In this document: in pieces, positions 50,659-62,979 of the stretch
Layout: each line of letters opens with the position of its first letter
Position numbering within the stretch: position 1 is the first letter of the stretch
From: Girardia tigrina
Lineage: Eukaryota
Reading direction: 5' to 3'
Assembly (NCBI GenBank): GCA_001938485.1
Contig: MQRK01224546.1
Span: 1 to 64,000 of the forward strand
DNA length: 64,000 bases
Notes under the pieces: model-generated
Told to the model about the DNA's origin: nothing
What the model saw: only the letters and a program-made list of their open reading frames with translations
Database searches by the model: none
Made by a program: the position numbers and the translations under genes

Positions 50659-52928
50659 TTATACAATAACTGTACCATCTTTTCGTATTTGTATCTCACT
50701 ATCAAATACTCCATATACATACATTGTAATTGCATTATCTAATGCCTTATGGAATCTTAAATCCAATTTTAAATTGCCTGTTCGTGGCATTTGTATTTGA
50801 TCAACATGAAAATCAGGTGCCAAGACAAATGTAAAGAAGGGGTACTTTGTTTTGAAATCATCCATAGTGATTCCATTATTCATATTTTTATTCACGAATA
50901 CTATGTTCAATATTATAGACTTGTAGTACGCTTCAGTAAGATCATTCTTTTCAAAGTCAATTTTATATGAATCTCTATAATCAATTCCTCGAGATATGGT
51001 TAGGGAGCTAATATTACAGTTGTCAAATGCAGAGCAATATGTTGCGTAATCTCAACTAACTTCTTTACTATCTTGAAATGTTACCAATACAAATTTTGGT
51101 AAATGTTCCTCACTAAACAGATTGTCCTTGTATTCACCATGTGATCCTTTAGGAATTGAAAATTAAACAATTCTTGCTTTTCGAATGGGATATATAGCAT
51201 TTTAATTATCAAGACCCATAATATGAGCCAACAACTGAATCTGTTGTACGAACACGTCGTATTAATAACTTTGTACTCTCAATATATATTTGAGGCTTAA
51301 TCCCTGTTTCAGTACCAGTCTTTTCATATTGAAAGATAACTTTACTTTCATTTCGATGAATCTTGATTGTTATATTGACATTTGGTATGAGATATTTTGG
51401 CTGCTCAAAGAAGTCCAGATTTAACGGTCCGCATAATGTCATCAAGGCTGATTTATGCAACCATTTGAATCTTTCAGTTGCATCACCATACCTCATGGAC
51501 TTGAGAAACGTATTCTTCGTATCTGAACTTAAATTTAATGTAGTCTCAATGATAGTCTTTTGATAATAACTATCATTAGTGTCCTCAATCTTTGTATTAT
51601 TGAGAAACAAGGTCATATCTTTAAATAAGCAATGAAAGAGGTAATTGCTCGGTGTTAATTTTGTAATGTCAACAGTAATGTCTTTTCCTGATTCATCAAC
51701 TGCTTTTATTTTAATGGTAAGCATTATATAATTCATATCAATGTATTCATCTTCACTACCGATAATATCAAACTCAATATGAGATTTATTATACTCACTA
51801 ATACTATCTTTGGGGTTGTTGCGGCAGCAGCGCAGTGGAATGTCATTTTTAGACCTTCCACGAGTCATCCAGGGAAGATGAGTGCATTCGATAGCGTTGG
51901 TGTCTAATTTATTATTAGCATCTTCGATTTTATTATTATTATTATTTTTATCTCTATTATTATTATTATTGTTAATTTCATCTTTATTGTTTTTATTTTT
52001 ATTATTTTTATTTTTATTAATATTTTTACTATTATTTTTATTATCATTTTTATTATTATTTTTATTTATTTTTATATAAATATATATAATAATTACACAA
52101 GGATATACGTTCATTAATCGTCCGAAAACACCGACGGACTTTGGAATATATGAATACTTGGTCTTTCGTTCGCAATTATTGGAACCACTGATGAAATAAT
52201 CTTGTTGAAACAATTTCCCAAGATTCGAATTCAGAGCGTAATCGAGAGTGGTACTATATAATTCGACCATGACGCTGATTGACACACACTCTCCATGAAC
52301 TCCCGAAGTAACGTATACGTAAATTCTCTGTAATTGCAAATCACTGTCGCTTTCATGAACACCAGTGGTCGGTTTGACACCATGTTCGTTGGTGATTATT
52401 TACCAAAACTTCGTCCTCATACTGTTTCTACAACTTTGAAATATTGTCATTAATTTATATCATTTATCATGAATTTCTTCACAAAATTTGATATGCAATC
52501 TCCGATCGAGAATTATTACATGATTATTTTCAAATGTCTTTACAAAATAATCCACATTAAAAATATAGTCGAATGGCATGAATAATGTTCTTAGATAATA
52601 ATTGAAATCAATATCTCTCGTATCAAATTCTTTTATTATTATTTCATTTTACAAATATAAAAACAATATAAAAACGAATATAAAAACAATATTAAACGGT
52701 TTAAACAAAACGTTAATTTCAAATATATCTATATATAACCATCATTAAATTAAATTTAACTTTTTTGTAAATAACATTTTCTTTTAAAAAATGAAAGAAA
52801 ATATTTAACTAGAAATTTATTTAAAGAAACGAAACCGAACAGGGGTAAATATCTTCAAAAGCATATGATTCTATAACAACTTGTGGTGGAGCTGGACTAA
52901 ATATGTCCAATTCCGATTTAGCACTCAT
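50659..52928 (-). pseudogene. Polinton major capsid protein (double jelly-roll, PY), interrupted
   Basis: MSAKSELDIFSPAPPQVVIE..IYP | KDS..IEFDI..EYIDM, PSNYLFHCLF, LNLDFFEQPKYLIPNV, AIYPI, FVLAPD, GNLKLDLRF. Solo-LTR insertion and frameshifts. Confidence 0.88.
51817..52841. mobile_element. 1025-bp solo LTR (TGTT...AACA, 5-bp TSD GGGGT; BEL/Pao- or Gypsy-type)
   Basis: TSD at 51812-51816 and 52842-52846; removal restores EDIYPKDSISEY. Confidence 0.85.
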
Positions 52929-52930
52929 TC

Positions 52931-53313
52931 TCAGAATATGGTTTTCATACGTTTTGTTTCTTTGTTTTTATCTAAACCTTTTCATTTTCTTCCTCCACCA
53001 CATTGATCCATTATTGAAATGGCTTCACGAAAAGCATCTTTAGCATTAGATTTAATTTCTGGTAAAATCTCAGCAGCAGCTTCCTTCAATGCTTCAACAG
53101 TTTTTTTAGTACGATTCAAGACATTTTCATCAGCACGTAATATTGCTTTACCAGCAATCTTTGCTACATGTATACCAAATTTTATCATTATAGAAATTGC
53201 ATATCTACCTAATGTCGCCTTCCAATTACCTCATACTGTTTATCTCTAAAGTATGGAAGATTACCACCATGTAGAGGACCACAATACAATTGTACAATAT
53301 CTCTATCAATCAT
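52931..53313 (-). pseudogene. Polinton core/pVII-like basic protein
   Basis: MIDRD..LHGG^NLPYF..QY (adenain (M/L/I)xGG^x site), amphipathic helix, QCGGG plus basic tail; frameshifted. Confidence 0.65.
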
Positions 53314-54354
53314 GTACTTTCTTGAAATGTAAAGTTAAAATAGTTTTTGCTCCTAAACTAATCTCAATTGGTCTCCCACTATCATCACGAATATTTACTT
53401 CAATTTTGTTTATACATGTGGATGAAATAGGTAAATACATGGGAACAACTGGTGCAAAATATACTGGTTCTCCATGCTTGTGTTTTGAAGCATCTATCCA
53501 AATACATTTTAAAAGAGATACTCGATCTGATCCAACCATTATTGGCTCTACATTAGTAGAATAGATGAATATAGTAGAATATTTGATTGAAGGCATTATT
53601 CAATTTTATTGGGAATACACCTTTATCATCCTTGAGATTGAATTCAGTTTTTGTAAAACCTAAAACCATTGCTAAATGTTTATCAAAAACAGCTTTCTGT
53701 ATATAATCTTGGAATTTGAATGATAAAATATTATTTTCTTCCAATTTGATGGTCTTGAAAACTTTCTAACATTTGGTTTTGAGATGACTTTCAACTTTCT
53801 CACAACTGTTTAGATTTATATCATCTTTAAATACAAATGTTTCCCAAATGGAATCATTTTCAACTTGAACTTTTATGGAAAGCGTTGTATTCAAAACATT
53901 TTGTTCTAAAAGTTCATTAGCTGAATATGATATATATTCGTTTTGTTCCTTTAATACAGAATTAAATTTCAACTTGAAACCCCATTTTTGGGCTTCATTT
54001 TGATGTGCAAATAAAACCTCAAAAACATATTTTGATTTTATGTATAATCTTTTCTCATAGATACTTATCAATACCCATTTTAAGGTGTGAGGTTTCATTT
54101 CCAATATCATTCCTTTGCGTGATATTGAAACGGTTTCAGTTGTTAAACCATTGAAATTGTATAAATAATTTATATGTGTCCTTTCGTATTGTTGCAGGAG
54201 TGTAATAAATCAATACATCTATCATGGCTACCTGCCATATTCCTGTCAGGTTAATACTATTCTCAAAGTCTACAATGAATTTGCTTGCTTTGTTGTCTGG
54301 TTGAGTATCCGGACAGCTATTGCTAGGTAATACCATATAAAATGAATCCATCAA
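53306..54354 (-). pseudogene. Polinton minor capsid/penton (PX)
   Basis: FYMVLPSNS..PDN..F..INLTGIWQVA; IFIYST.VEP.MVG..LLK; IEVNIRDDSGRPI..TLHFKK; split across frames. Confidence 0.85.
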
Positions 54355-54439
54355 TCAATAATGTTTTCGAAATGTTCTTGATTTCGTTTATATATTTTAA
54401 TGAATTAATACTCACTTCTCAAATCATGTTAATACTTCA

Positions 54440-55463
54440 TTAATTTTTGATTATATATTTAGATGTAATCCAACTGGGATTTTTATACCCATGCCATTTA
54501 ACTAAATATTGTTTATATTCCCCACTACCTTTGGATTTGATGATTTTCTCAACTCTATATACATCGGGCTTTTCAGTAAGAACCTGTAATTCCTGTGTAT
54601 AGAACTTGCCTTGAACAACATCATCATCATCATCTATAATCTCATACATTACAGGCATTTGTCTTATATTTATTCCACTTATTCGAAAATCTTCATCCCT
54701 CCAATTATTGTTAAAGTTCTTGATAAAAGGTATCGTGCTTCCTTTACTGATACGAACATAGTCACCAATTTTATATTTAGGCCTCATATTTCTTTGCATC
54801 ACTCTGTAATGCGCTGTACATGTCATCAGTAACATCCACAGGACGAAGGCCCTTCAAACCTCGATGTGGAGTATTATTATATCCCTTGATAAGTTTAGGT
54901 AGGACCGTATACCATACTTTTTTACCAATATGTGTTACATATTTTGTAATCTTTCCTCTCAATGTGCGATTGAATCGTTCAATAATACATGCCTTATATG
55001 TTGAAAACACTGAATAATGTTTTATTTCATACTTATCGAATATATCCTTCACTTTACTATTGTAGAATTCGTTACTTAAATCAGTTTGTAGAAATTTAGG
55101 CTGAACACTTTTCATCATTGTTTGAATTGCAACAGCCAAGTCTTTGGCTGTTTTTCTCTTTACATGTACAGCACGAGCATATCTACTGAATACATCAATA
55201 CAGGTCAGAATATATCTGTACCCCTTATTGATTTTCGCATATGAAATCATCTCCATTAAATATATCTGCCAGATCCAATTGACTGACTTCGATAAGTACC
55301 TCCTCGTCGGGAATCTCTTCAATAATGGTTTGTTGAGACTGTATGCGAACTGCTATCTCAACCACTTGTCTGCCTCCATCTTGCTGGTCTTTGATACTTT
55401 TGCCATTTTTGATACGCTTCCGAAACCAACTGGGTCTTCGGAGTTAAACCATATCTTTTCCAT
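54440..55463 (-). pseudogene. Polinton retroviral-like integrase with C-terminal chromodomain
   Basis: WQIYL (first D lost), CIDVFSRY, QTDLSNEF, IERFNRTLR, YNNTPHR, GDYVRI, GKFYTQEL, QYLVKWHGY. Confidence 0.92.
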
Positions 55464-55556
55464 CAACACAACAGTTGCACTTAATATTAAATGCTAGATT
55501 AGGAAATGAAGACGTTGAGCCCATATCGAGCGTTTATATACTAATTCAATTACCGT

Positions 55557-56038
55557 TTATATTTGTTTATTAGCATTATCATCATTTTCAATAGCATCTA
55601 GTGCCTTTTTCGTACCATATGATATAGCTCCATTCGCAACTGCTGGAACAATAAAACTGGCAAGCCATTGAAAGAATGGTATTAAAGCAACTCATACGAA
55701 ACGATCACCGTCTTGATTCCTTTGCTGATTTTGTTTCTTTATTTCATGTAATACTTTTGCCCCAAAATAATTTGTCTTTGATTTTGTAGGTGGTATAGTA
55801 AATCTTTGATTAAGAATATGTAGTTTTGTTTTTAATGCCCTTGCTTTGAACATTTTTAGCAATGTATCTTGATACTTCTTCAAAGACCTTTTTTAATTGC
55901 CAATTTTTACATTGCCAGCCACAATATTCATCAGAACTTCAATGAAATCCTTCTGTACTTATGTAATAGATCCCATCTATTTTTTCCGCTTTTTAATAAT
56001 GCTTCAAAATATGGAATACTTCTAGTAATGTGCATCAT
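55557..56038 (-). pseudogene. Polinton small basic/core-like ORF
   Basis: Basic region, then QDGDRF..LIPFFQWLASF hydrophobic tail; lies between ATPase and integrase; disrupted. Confidence 0.45.
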
Positions 56039-56280
56039 CATCTATCAAATCTAACTGTCATATATACTGTTTATACCATGTCTGTGGTATTTTCTCAAAG
56101 TATTTTCGTGCAGCAATTATTTTTACTAAAGTTTCATAAATAAACTTTTGATTATTTGGTTGTTTTAAAGAAACTTTATTTGATTTCTTTACATTTAACT
56201 CCTTCGATTTCGTTTTAGAAACCCTCTTTGGTTTGATTTTAACATATACTTTTGTAAAATTCATAATTAATATATTTACA

Positions 56281-56610
56281 TCATAACTTTTGTTTATACA
56301 ATGTAATGTATTTAGTATGAAATAGATTTGTTTTTAGTCGTTGATCATCAGGACATTCTTGAGAAAAATCTATGAAAAGGTATTCATACGGTTTACATGT
56401 TGCATCCATGAATGAATCTATAAAATACTTCTTATCATGAAGAAATGCTTGTATAGCTAAATAATCAACTACAGTTTTATCTCGTGGATTCTTGAATATT
56501 ACCAAGTAATGAACATTTAAATTCCTCGTTCGATGATTACCTCCTTGATAAAAAAAGATTTTGAGTTATGAATATAACCATCACTTCTTTATGTCTGGAA
56601 ATTTTCATCA
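56281..56610 (-). pseudogene. A32-like packaging ATPase, C-terminal half only
   Basis: SRH..VIFITQNLF, LNVHYLVIFKNPRD, DAT.KPYEYLFID, RLKTNLF; no Walker A/B upstream. Confidence 0.85.
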
Positions 56611-57628
56611 AGATAATCGCATACACAAGGACCTTTTTGTTTGAATCGTCTATTTGCTCAATTTCAACGTCCTTTTGATCAGTTTCATCCTTTGAAATAG
56701 CTTCCAATCTATTTATTTGTTCACTTTCATCCTCATTGTCTGAATTCAAGAGTGGTGTAACTTCTTTGCGTTTTGCTACATCATCAAGATAATTGCACAC
56801 ACAAAGCCCTCCTTGAATTGAAGTGTATATTTGCTCACTTTCATTCTCATTTTCTTCAAGAATTGTGTCTATTCGTGGTTCAACCACAAAAATTGTAGTA
56901 TTGTCCATAGTTTAGTGTACCGCATATATACTGTATATCATGATTTTGTTTATATTATTGTTATTAACATATACTATAAAAATAAAAACAAGGTGTACAA
57001 TTTGAAAGTTATGTATCTTGGTTACGGTAATCATGGTACTTGTGATTATACTTGTGTACATTAGATGATTATACAGATGTTATGTATTATATTGTTGTAT
57101 GTTTGAAGTACAATATGAATTTTTACATGTAAAATAAAAGGTTATGTTTTGGTTACGGTAACCATGGTACTTGTGATTGGTCACTAGGTACATTAGGCGA
57201 TTCATGAAGTATTGTATAATGGTCAATAACACGCATATATCATATGGGTTTCATATATATACGAAAAAATCAATTTTTGAGCAATTTTTTGAAAATTTCA
57301 GAAATGTTCGAAAAAATCAGTTTATCAGAACTTTTTCGAAAATGTTAACATGGAATCTAAATGTACGTATATGGGTTTCTATTCAAGTACATGAGCATTT
57401 TTTTGATATTCTGCTTTCTTGTACCTTTAAAATTGATGTGCACTTTGAGCAAATTTGCACATTATGCTTATTATATAGAAAAATAATCAATATATGAAAT
57501 TTCTAATTGCACATTCAGATAAAGAATCAAAATTGGCATCAAACACATGATATCGATTTTTGACACTTGTACTTTTAAAAAATTTTATGTATTGATTTTT
57601 GCATTTTTGCACATGTACAACTTGAAAA

Positions 57629-57765
57629 GCACTGTGCTAGCACATTAGAAATGTGCGGCACAGTGTGCAATATTGATTAGCACTTTAAAAATATCGATTA
57701 GCACATCTGGGCACTGTGCAGGGATCGATTAGCACACCTAGACACTGTGCAGAGATCGATTAGCA
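57629..57765. repeat. Imperfect ~31-bp tandem repeats (CACTGTGC...TCGATTAGCAC)
   Basis: GATTAGCAC four times and CACTGTGC three times. Confidence 0.85.
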
Positions 57766-57798
57766 CTTTTTTCTACGGTCCCTAGTGGTAGGGTCACG

Positions 57799-58069
57799 GT
57801 TGCTACGGATACGGTAACCGTTACCATGGTAACAACCGCCTTGGATCACTATCTCGGTTGCTAATGAAAAACTCCCTTGGTTACCGTTGCCATGAGAACC
57901 GAAACAGTTATTAAGGAACCGGGAACCAATCAGAACCGTTGCCAAGGTAACCGGAACCCTTGCTAAGGTACCAAGCGTTTCCAAGTGAACCGGAACCGTA
58001 GCTAAGGTGATCGGAACCGTTGCTATGGTGATCGCGACCGTTTCTATGTTAACCGTTGCTATGGAAAAC
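57799..58069. promoter_or_regulatory. Array of ~12 RFX X-box-like palindromes, mostly 21-bp spacing
   Basis: GTTGCTACGGATAC 57799, GTTACCATGGTAAC 57820, GTTGCCATGAGAAC 57886, GTTGCCAAGGTAAC 57938, GTTTCCAAGTGAAC 57977, GTTGCTATGGTGAT 58019, GTTTCTATGTTAAC 58040, GTTGCTATGGAAAAC 58055. Confidence 0.6.
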
Positions 58070-58149
58070 GACCTCCCCCCGGGGGGTCTTGTGTGTCGAA
58101 TGCCCATTTTTCCCATACTTTTGTTTATTGCGTCAAGTGTTATTAAGTC

Positions 58150-58530
58150 AGTCGAAAAAAATGAATTTGGGGGACTTCTTCATTTGAATTTTGCTCAATG
58201 TTGAAATGCAACAAAGAGAAAATTTATATATTTCGAGTACAAAAATTGAATTGTTGAACTTTCGAATATCCTCTGATCACCTTGACTGAGACAATTATAT
58301 TTTATCCATTCAAGTCAACTACTTTGCGACTGTTTCAGTTATCTACGCATCAGCACTTGCATCATCCAAAAGAACATTAATTTCGATTTTTTTGTTCCTT
58401 TCAAGAAATGCTTGGAGAGTATTCAAAACTACGTTGCGGTTTATGATTATGAACCCAACAGCTGGTGTAACTGAAATCGTTTCTTGATTATTCGATTCGT
58501 TGTTCTTTTTAAAGCTCTGTCTGCTGACGT
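58150..58530 (-). mobile_element. BEL/Pao aspartic protease remnant
   Basis: VVLNTLQAFL...INVLLDDAS..*ITETVA. Confidence 0.45.
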
Positions 58531-58552
58531 AGTAGAGTAGTGTAGAGTAAAA

Positions 58553-58755
58553 ATCCCAAAATGGGATAAAAACGGAAAATTCGGAGTTCCTGAACAATAT
58601 TAATTGAAAAAGATCTACTTATAAATGATAAGTATTTTATATTGATTTTTTATCTTGATTTTTAACTTATTTTTTTAATTAAAACTTTGTTGGCAAAGTA
58701 GAGTTCTGTCTGCATAAAGAATGAATATTAAAAATTTAATTTTATGATTTACTAG
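58553..58755 (+). repeat. Dispersed repeat copy 1 (Helitron-like 3' end)
   Basis: Homologous to 60292-60512; weak hairpin GGCAAA..TGTC, then CTAG|T. Confidence 0.5.
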
Positions 58756-58859
58756 TTATTTTAAACTTTAAGTCTTCTTTTATTTTAGAAAGCCCTAGAT
58801 AAAGACATTTTGCCACTCTATTCAAATTTCAAATAGATAAAAATATATCAAAAAATCAT

Positions 58860-59880
58860 TTTCATTGTATTTTATCACAATGAAAACACAAAGCGGTTTA
58901 TCATCCGAAACCCACGCAGTCCAAAAAGCCTTGGTTAATAATCATCGGTTTGCTTGGATGAATTTGACCAGATTCATTTTTCAAAAAAATTCTTAAATAA
59001 ATTTCTTTAATTTACTCTTAAATCATATTTAACTGATTTTTTGTCAAGTATTTTCGATATTTGAAACAAACTCAACATCTTTGAATGAGTGAGTTTTAAA
59101 CTGTGACAATAATTAAGACTCAATATCGTTTGAATGATGCTAGTATAAGTATTAAATAAATTTTATCAAAAGAGGAACTAAAACCAATTAATATAATCGA
59201 TTTCAAAGGATATATTAAATTAGTTGAGTTAGCTTTAATGAGTAGAGGTATATCATCCCCTTCCAGAATCATTCTTAAAACAATTTTTAAGACAACTATC
59301 AATTTTACTAGAATCCATAGTTTCAGGTTTGTATCTGAAGTGAAAAAAAACCTTTTTGAAAATCGTCTATGTTTTATAACATATAAATTTATTTACATCG
59401 CCCATGGGTTTTGGATAACTTCTTACACATTGAGGTTTTGAATCAAATCTCCTCTTATTTTGCATTTGCCGCCTTACCTCATTAAGTGGTTATAAATAGT
59501 TAAAAGCGTTACATTTCGTTAGGCTTTCCTCTTCAGGTATATAATATCCATTTTATAATAATATTAAATTTCACAGCAGTAGAATTTCTTATTGAATTTG
59601 GTCAGACTTTACGATTTTTTATAACAGGAATGGGAACAATTTAGGGCTATTATACCATTTATCACCAGAAATATAGGGTGTTTTTATTGTTAAAGGGTTT
59701 TAGAAATGTTGTTACACAGAACAGTTTCTACCGTAATAAATATTCCATTTAATGTTTCTTTTAGTTACAAATGTGGAAGCACGTCCTACAAGAAAAAAAT
59801 GTCACTCCAAAACTATTTCTGTTATTGAAGGTATATTTTTCTTTCCATAATATCGGCGATCCGACCAATGCACGAAAAAT
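58860..59880 (-). mobile_element. Highly decayed piggyBac transposase
   Basis: YGKKIY, GDKWYNSPKLF, KPQCVRSY..PMGDVN, KKVFFHF, KPLC. Confidence 0.55.
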
Positions 59881-60130
59881 AAATTGTGATAATTTGGATT
59901 AAAATGAGATATTTTAGTAATTTTCTAAGTATAATATATTAAAATCAAAAAAAAGACAAACATTTAATTAAAATACAAAATTTTTAATAATTAAAAATAT
60001 AACTTTAGGAACTCCGAGGCCCCGACAAGAGTAATAGACCCATATTGCAGTTTGCGAATTTAACCGTCATGTACTTTCTTAATGGATGTATGTAATTTTG
60101 CCTTTTTTCCATTCTTTTTATTAACTCACT

Positions 60131-60131
<1 letters not shown>

Positions 60132-60164
<33 letters not shown>

Positions 60165-60512
60165 ACGGAAATAAGAAACCTATTTTTGAAGGTCTCCTAC
60201 TCAATCAATTTTCTTCAAACTTTGCACACTTACTCATTCTCGATGATAATAAATGATTATGTAAAACTTTGATAGAAAAAAAATTTTTAAGATCCCAAAA
60301 TGGGAAAAAAACGGAAAATTCGAAGTTCCCGAACAATATTAATTGCAAGATATCTATTATAATTATAAGTAGTTCATATTGATTTTTAATATATTTTTAT
60401 AATTTAAATTTTTTAAATCTTAAATGTTTAAATTTTATAAACTTTGTTGGCAAAGTAGAGTTTTGTCTGCATAAAGAATGGATATAAAAATTTTAATTTT
60501 TTGATTTACTAG
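60132..60512 (+). repeat. Dispersed repeat copy 2 (non-autonomous Helitron-like), starting TC(TA)n
   Basis: 60292-60512 matches 58553-58755; ends CTAG|T. Confidence 0.45.
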
Positions 60513-61470
60513 TTCATTTCACTGTAAGTCATGCAACAGCTTGTAACGCTGAACGGCCCAGGGGCGGCCGCCATTTCTGGTAGTGGCAGTAAAATATTAG
60601 TAACACAAAAGTAAATTACTAAATGTCAAAGAATTTCATTCCTGACTCTAGTCTTAAGCGAAAAAATTAGAGCCACAATTGGCACTATTTGTCTTTTACC
60701 AATTCTCTGTCAACTTCTGTAGCAGAGTTGCCGTCACTGAATGACTATTTAATAGTTACTTATTTTGCTCATCCAACGATATGGTTCATAGATTCAAGTC
60801 ATATTCATTGTCATTCACGAGCGCAGAAGGGGATATGATGCTACTGAATTATTTTTTGGAAGTAAGTAACAATTTTCGAGTTGAGTAAATTTGAGTCAAC
60901 CATAAACGAATACATGTGAAATGTGGACAGTTGAATGGTGATCACGAATCATTTGAATTTTTAATGTTTGTTTTTCTGTAAATTGTCGTAGCTAACTTGC
61001 TAATATTTGTAAATTTTAACACAATGCATTTATCTTTTTATCGCGGGGCCGCTAGGCAGCTCCCTCTTTTGACTAATGGGTAATCCGGCACTGAATTCGT
61101 GGTAAATCTTCAGCATTAATTTCTGGTGTATTTCACATACAAAAAAAGAGGGTGGCAATGTCAATTAAGTCTCATTTTTTTATATTTATTCCAATAAATT
61201 AAATGTATCTCTATTTATTATATTAAATTAACAATACCTTTATTTAATTAACAAATATTTGATGTTATGAACTAATTAATTTGTTTCAACAATGAATATA
61301 TATTAAATATATTTATTAAATTCATACTTTTGTACTAAATTTACAATAATTTAATTTAACTAACAATTTTTTATTATTAACAAATTTTGTAAATACCTAA
61401 TTTGTTTTGTGCTCATTCGTCATCTAGAATACAGAGTTTTTTCCAGAATAAGTACAAAATAAAACTTTTA

Positions 61471-61508
<38 letters not shown>

Positions 61509-62979
61509 GTGAAGGACAGAGTCACTCTTAAAATTTTTGAAACAATAAATTTTTATAAAGAAATTCTAAAATAAGGAAATATTTAAAATCAAAAGTTTTT
61601 TAAGCAATTATAATTAAAAAAAATATCTTAATTATATTTTTAAAAAGTTAACTTCGGAAATAATCAAATTTTAATTGTAGAGTAAAAACTTACAATGAAA
61701 TTAATTGGGAAATAATGGATTTTTAAGTAATTGATTTAAAATAAATATATAAAGACAAGGATAATTACGTTTTTACTAATTTTAAAAGTTATTCTAACAA
61801 ATAAAATAATGACCTTTGTTGCCAGAGATATAAATTAAAAAAACAGATAATTTTAAATTTTAAAGTCAGTTTGAAATTCTGCAAATTAAAGATTTGACAA
61901 ATACTTAATTCTAAACAGTTTTCATAAAAAAATTAAAATTAAAACTTTTATCATTAATGTATCGTAATAATAATAAAAATTTGAATACTGTAAATTATTT
62001 TTTGTATTTAAAATGTTTATCTATATAAATCTATATTCGTACAAAGTGAATATAAATGGATTTAAAATTTCAATTTTAAAATAGCTTATCAGTATTTATA
62101 ATTCCATATTTTTATATAAGTCTGATCAAAAAGAAAACGAAGAAAAGTTCCTCGACGAAAAATTGTTATTTGTGTTAGAAATAAAATTTGGTGTTAATGA
62201 ATTATAATTTTGATCGAGAACCCAACACGTCCTATCTGGCAAATCATGTAGGTCTCTCATACTACTCTCATTTGTGACCCGTTTGCAGCTGTTACTCTCT
62301 GGTTTGTTTGTCGAAGTGCTGCTTCCAGATAATTTTACTGAAATTACATTCAATGCTGCTCATGTGTCCTATATAAATTCAATTGTTACTGTTATAATTG
62401 GTCGCCATAGTAGCTTATCATATTAAATCTGCTGTTCCTCCTTTAGTTATTATCACAATCTTTCGTATACCATCGTCCATTTCTTCTATGTTCAACTTCT
62501 TTACACACTGCAAAACGTTGTTTATTGTGACATGTAAGTTATATATGTGGCTATTGCTCGTACTATATTGACTGTTTCCCCTTACGTCCGTGTCGTTCTT
62601 TTCAGTTTTATTCACATTGTGTTCCTCATGTATTATCTCATCATTATTATAATTATCTTTGTTAATTTTTATGAGAGGTTTTAAGTTTCGCCAAAATAGT
62701 TTATTATTTTTTTTAATTTGAAAATTTAAAAGAAATAAATTAACAATTACAATGTAGAGTAAAAATATGATAAAAAATACTTATTTAAAATATGTTTACA
62801 GTAATAACAATTAACATATTTAAATAAAAGTTATAGAATAAGCTCAATAAATTTTAATTAACGGATTAATATTTTCAGAAATAATTTTGTAATAAAATGG
62901 TTATTGTAAATTTAAATTAATTAGTTTTATGATTAAGTTTCGTAAGAATGTAAAATTTGGTTACATTAAAAATTTGTAA

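Larger units (their letters stand above)
49466..57209 (-). mobile_element. Polinton/Maverick (adintovirus-like) element lacking pPolB
   Basis: ~90-bp inverted repeats 49466-49556 / 57122-57209. Co-oriented ATPase C-terminus, core-like ORFs, rve integrase with chromodomain, penton, major capsid, adenain and exonuclease-like ORF. True ends and TSD not found. Confidence 0.92.

Noticed and set aside
51209-52339. 376-aa ORF as a single novel gene
   Set aside because: Chimera of solo-LTR sequence and capsid, shown by the TSD.
57629-58069. Repeat arrays as CRISPR
   Set aside because: Eukaryotic context, no unique 30-40 nt spacers, no cas genes. The same applies to the terminal minisatellite.
60540-61093. 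hAT-MITE-like end TAATCCGGCACTG (also a GC-rich end at 32815-32872)
   Set aside because: No matching opposite TIR or TSD found.
62018-62040. Resemblance to the planarian spliced leader (TCTATATAAATCT)
   Set aside because: Short AT-rich match lacking the SL 5' half, donor and Sm site.
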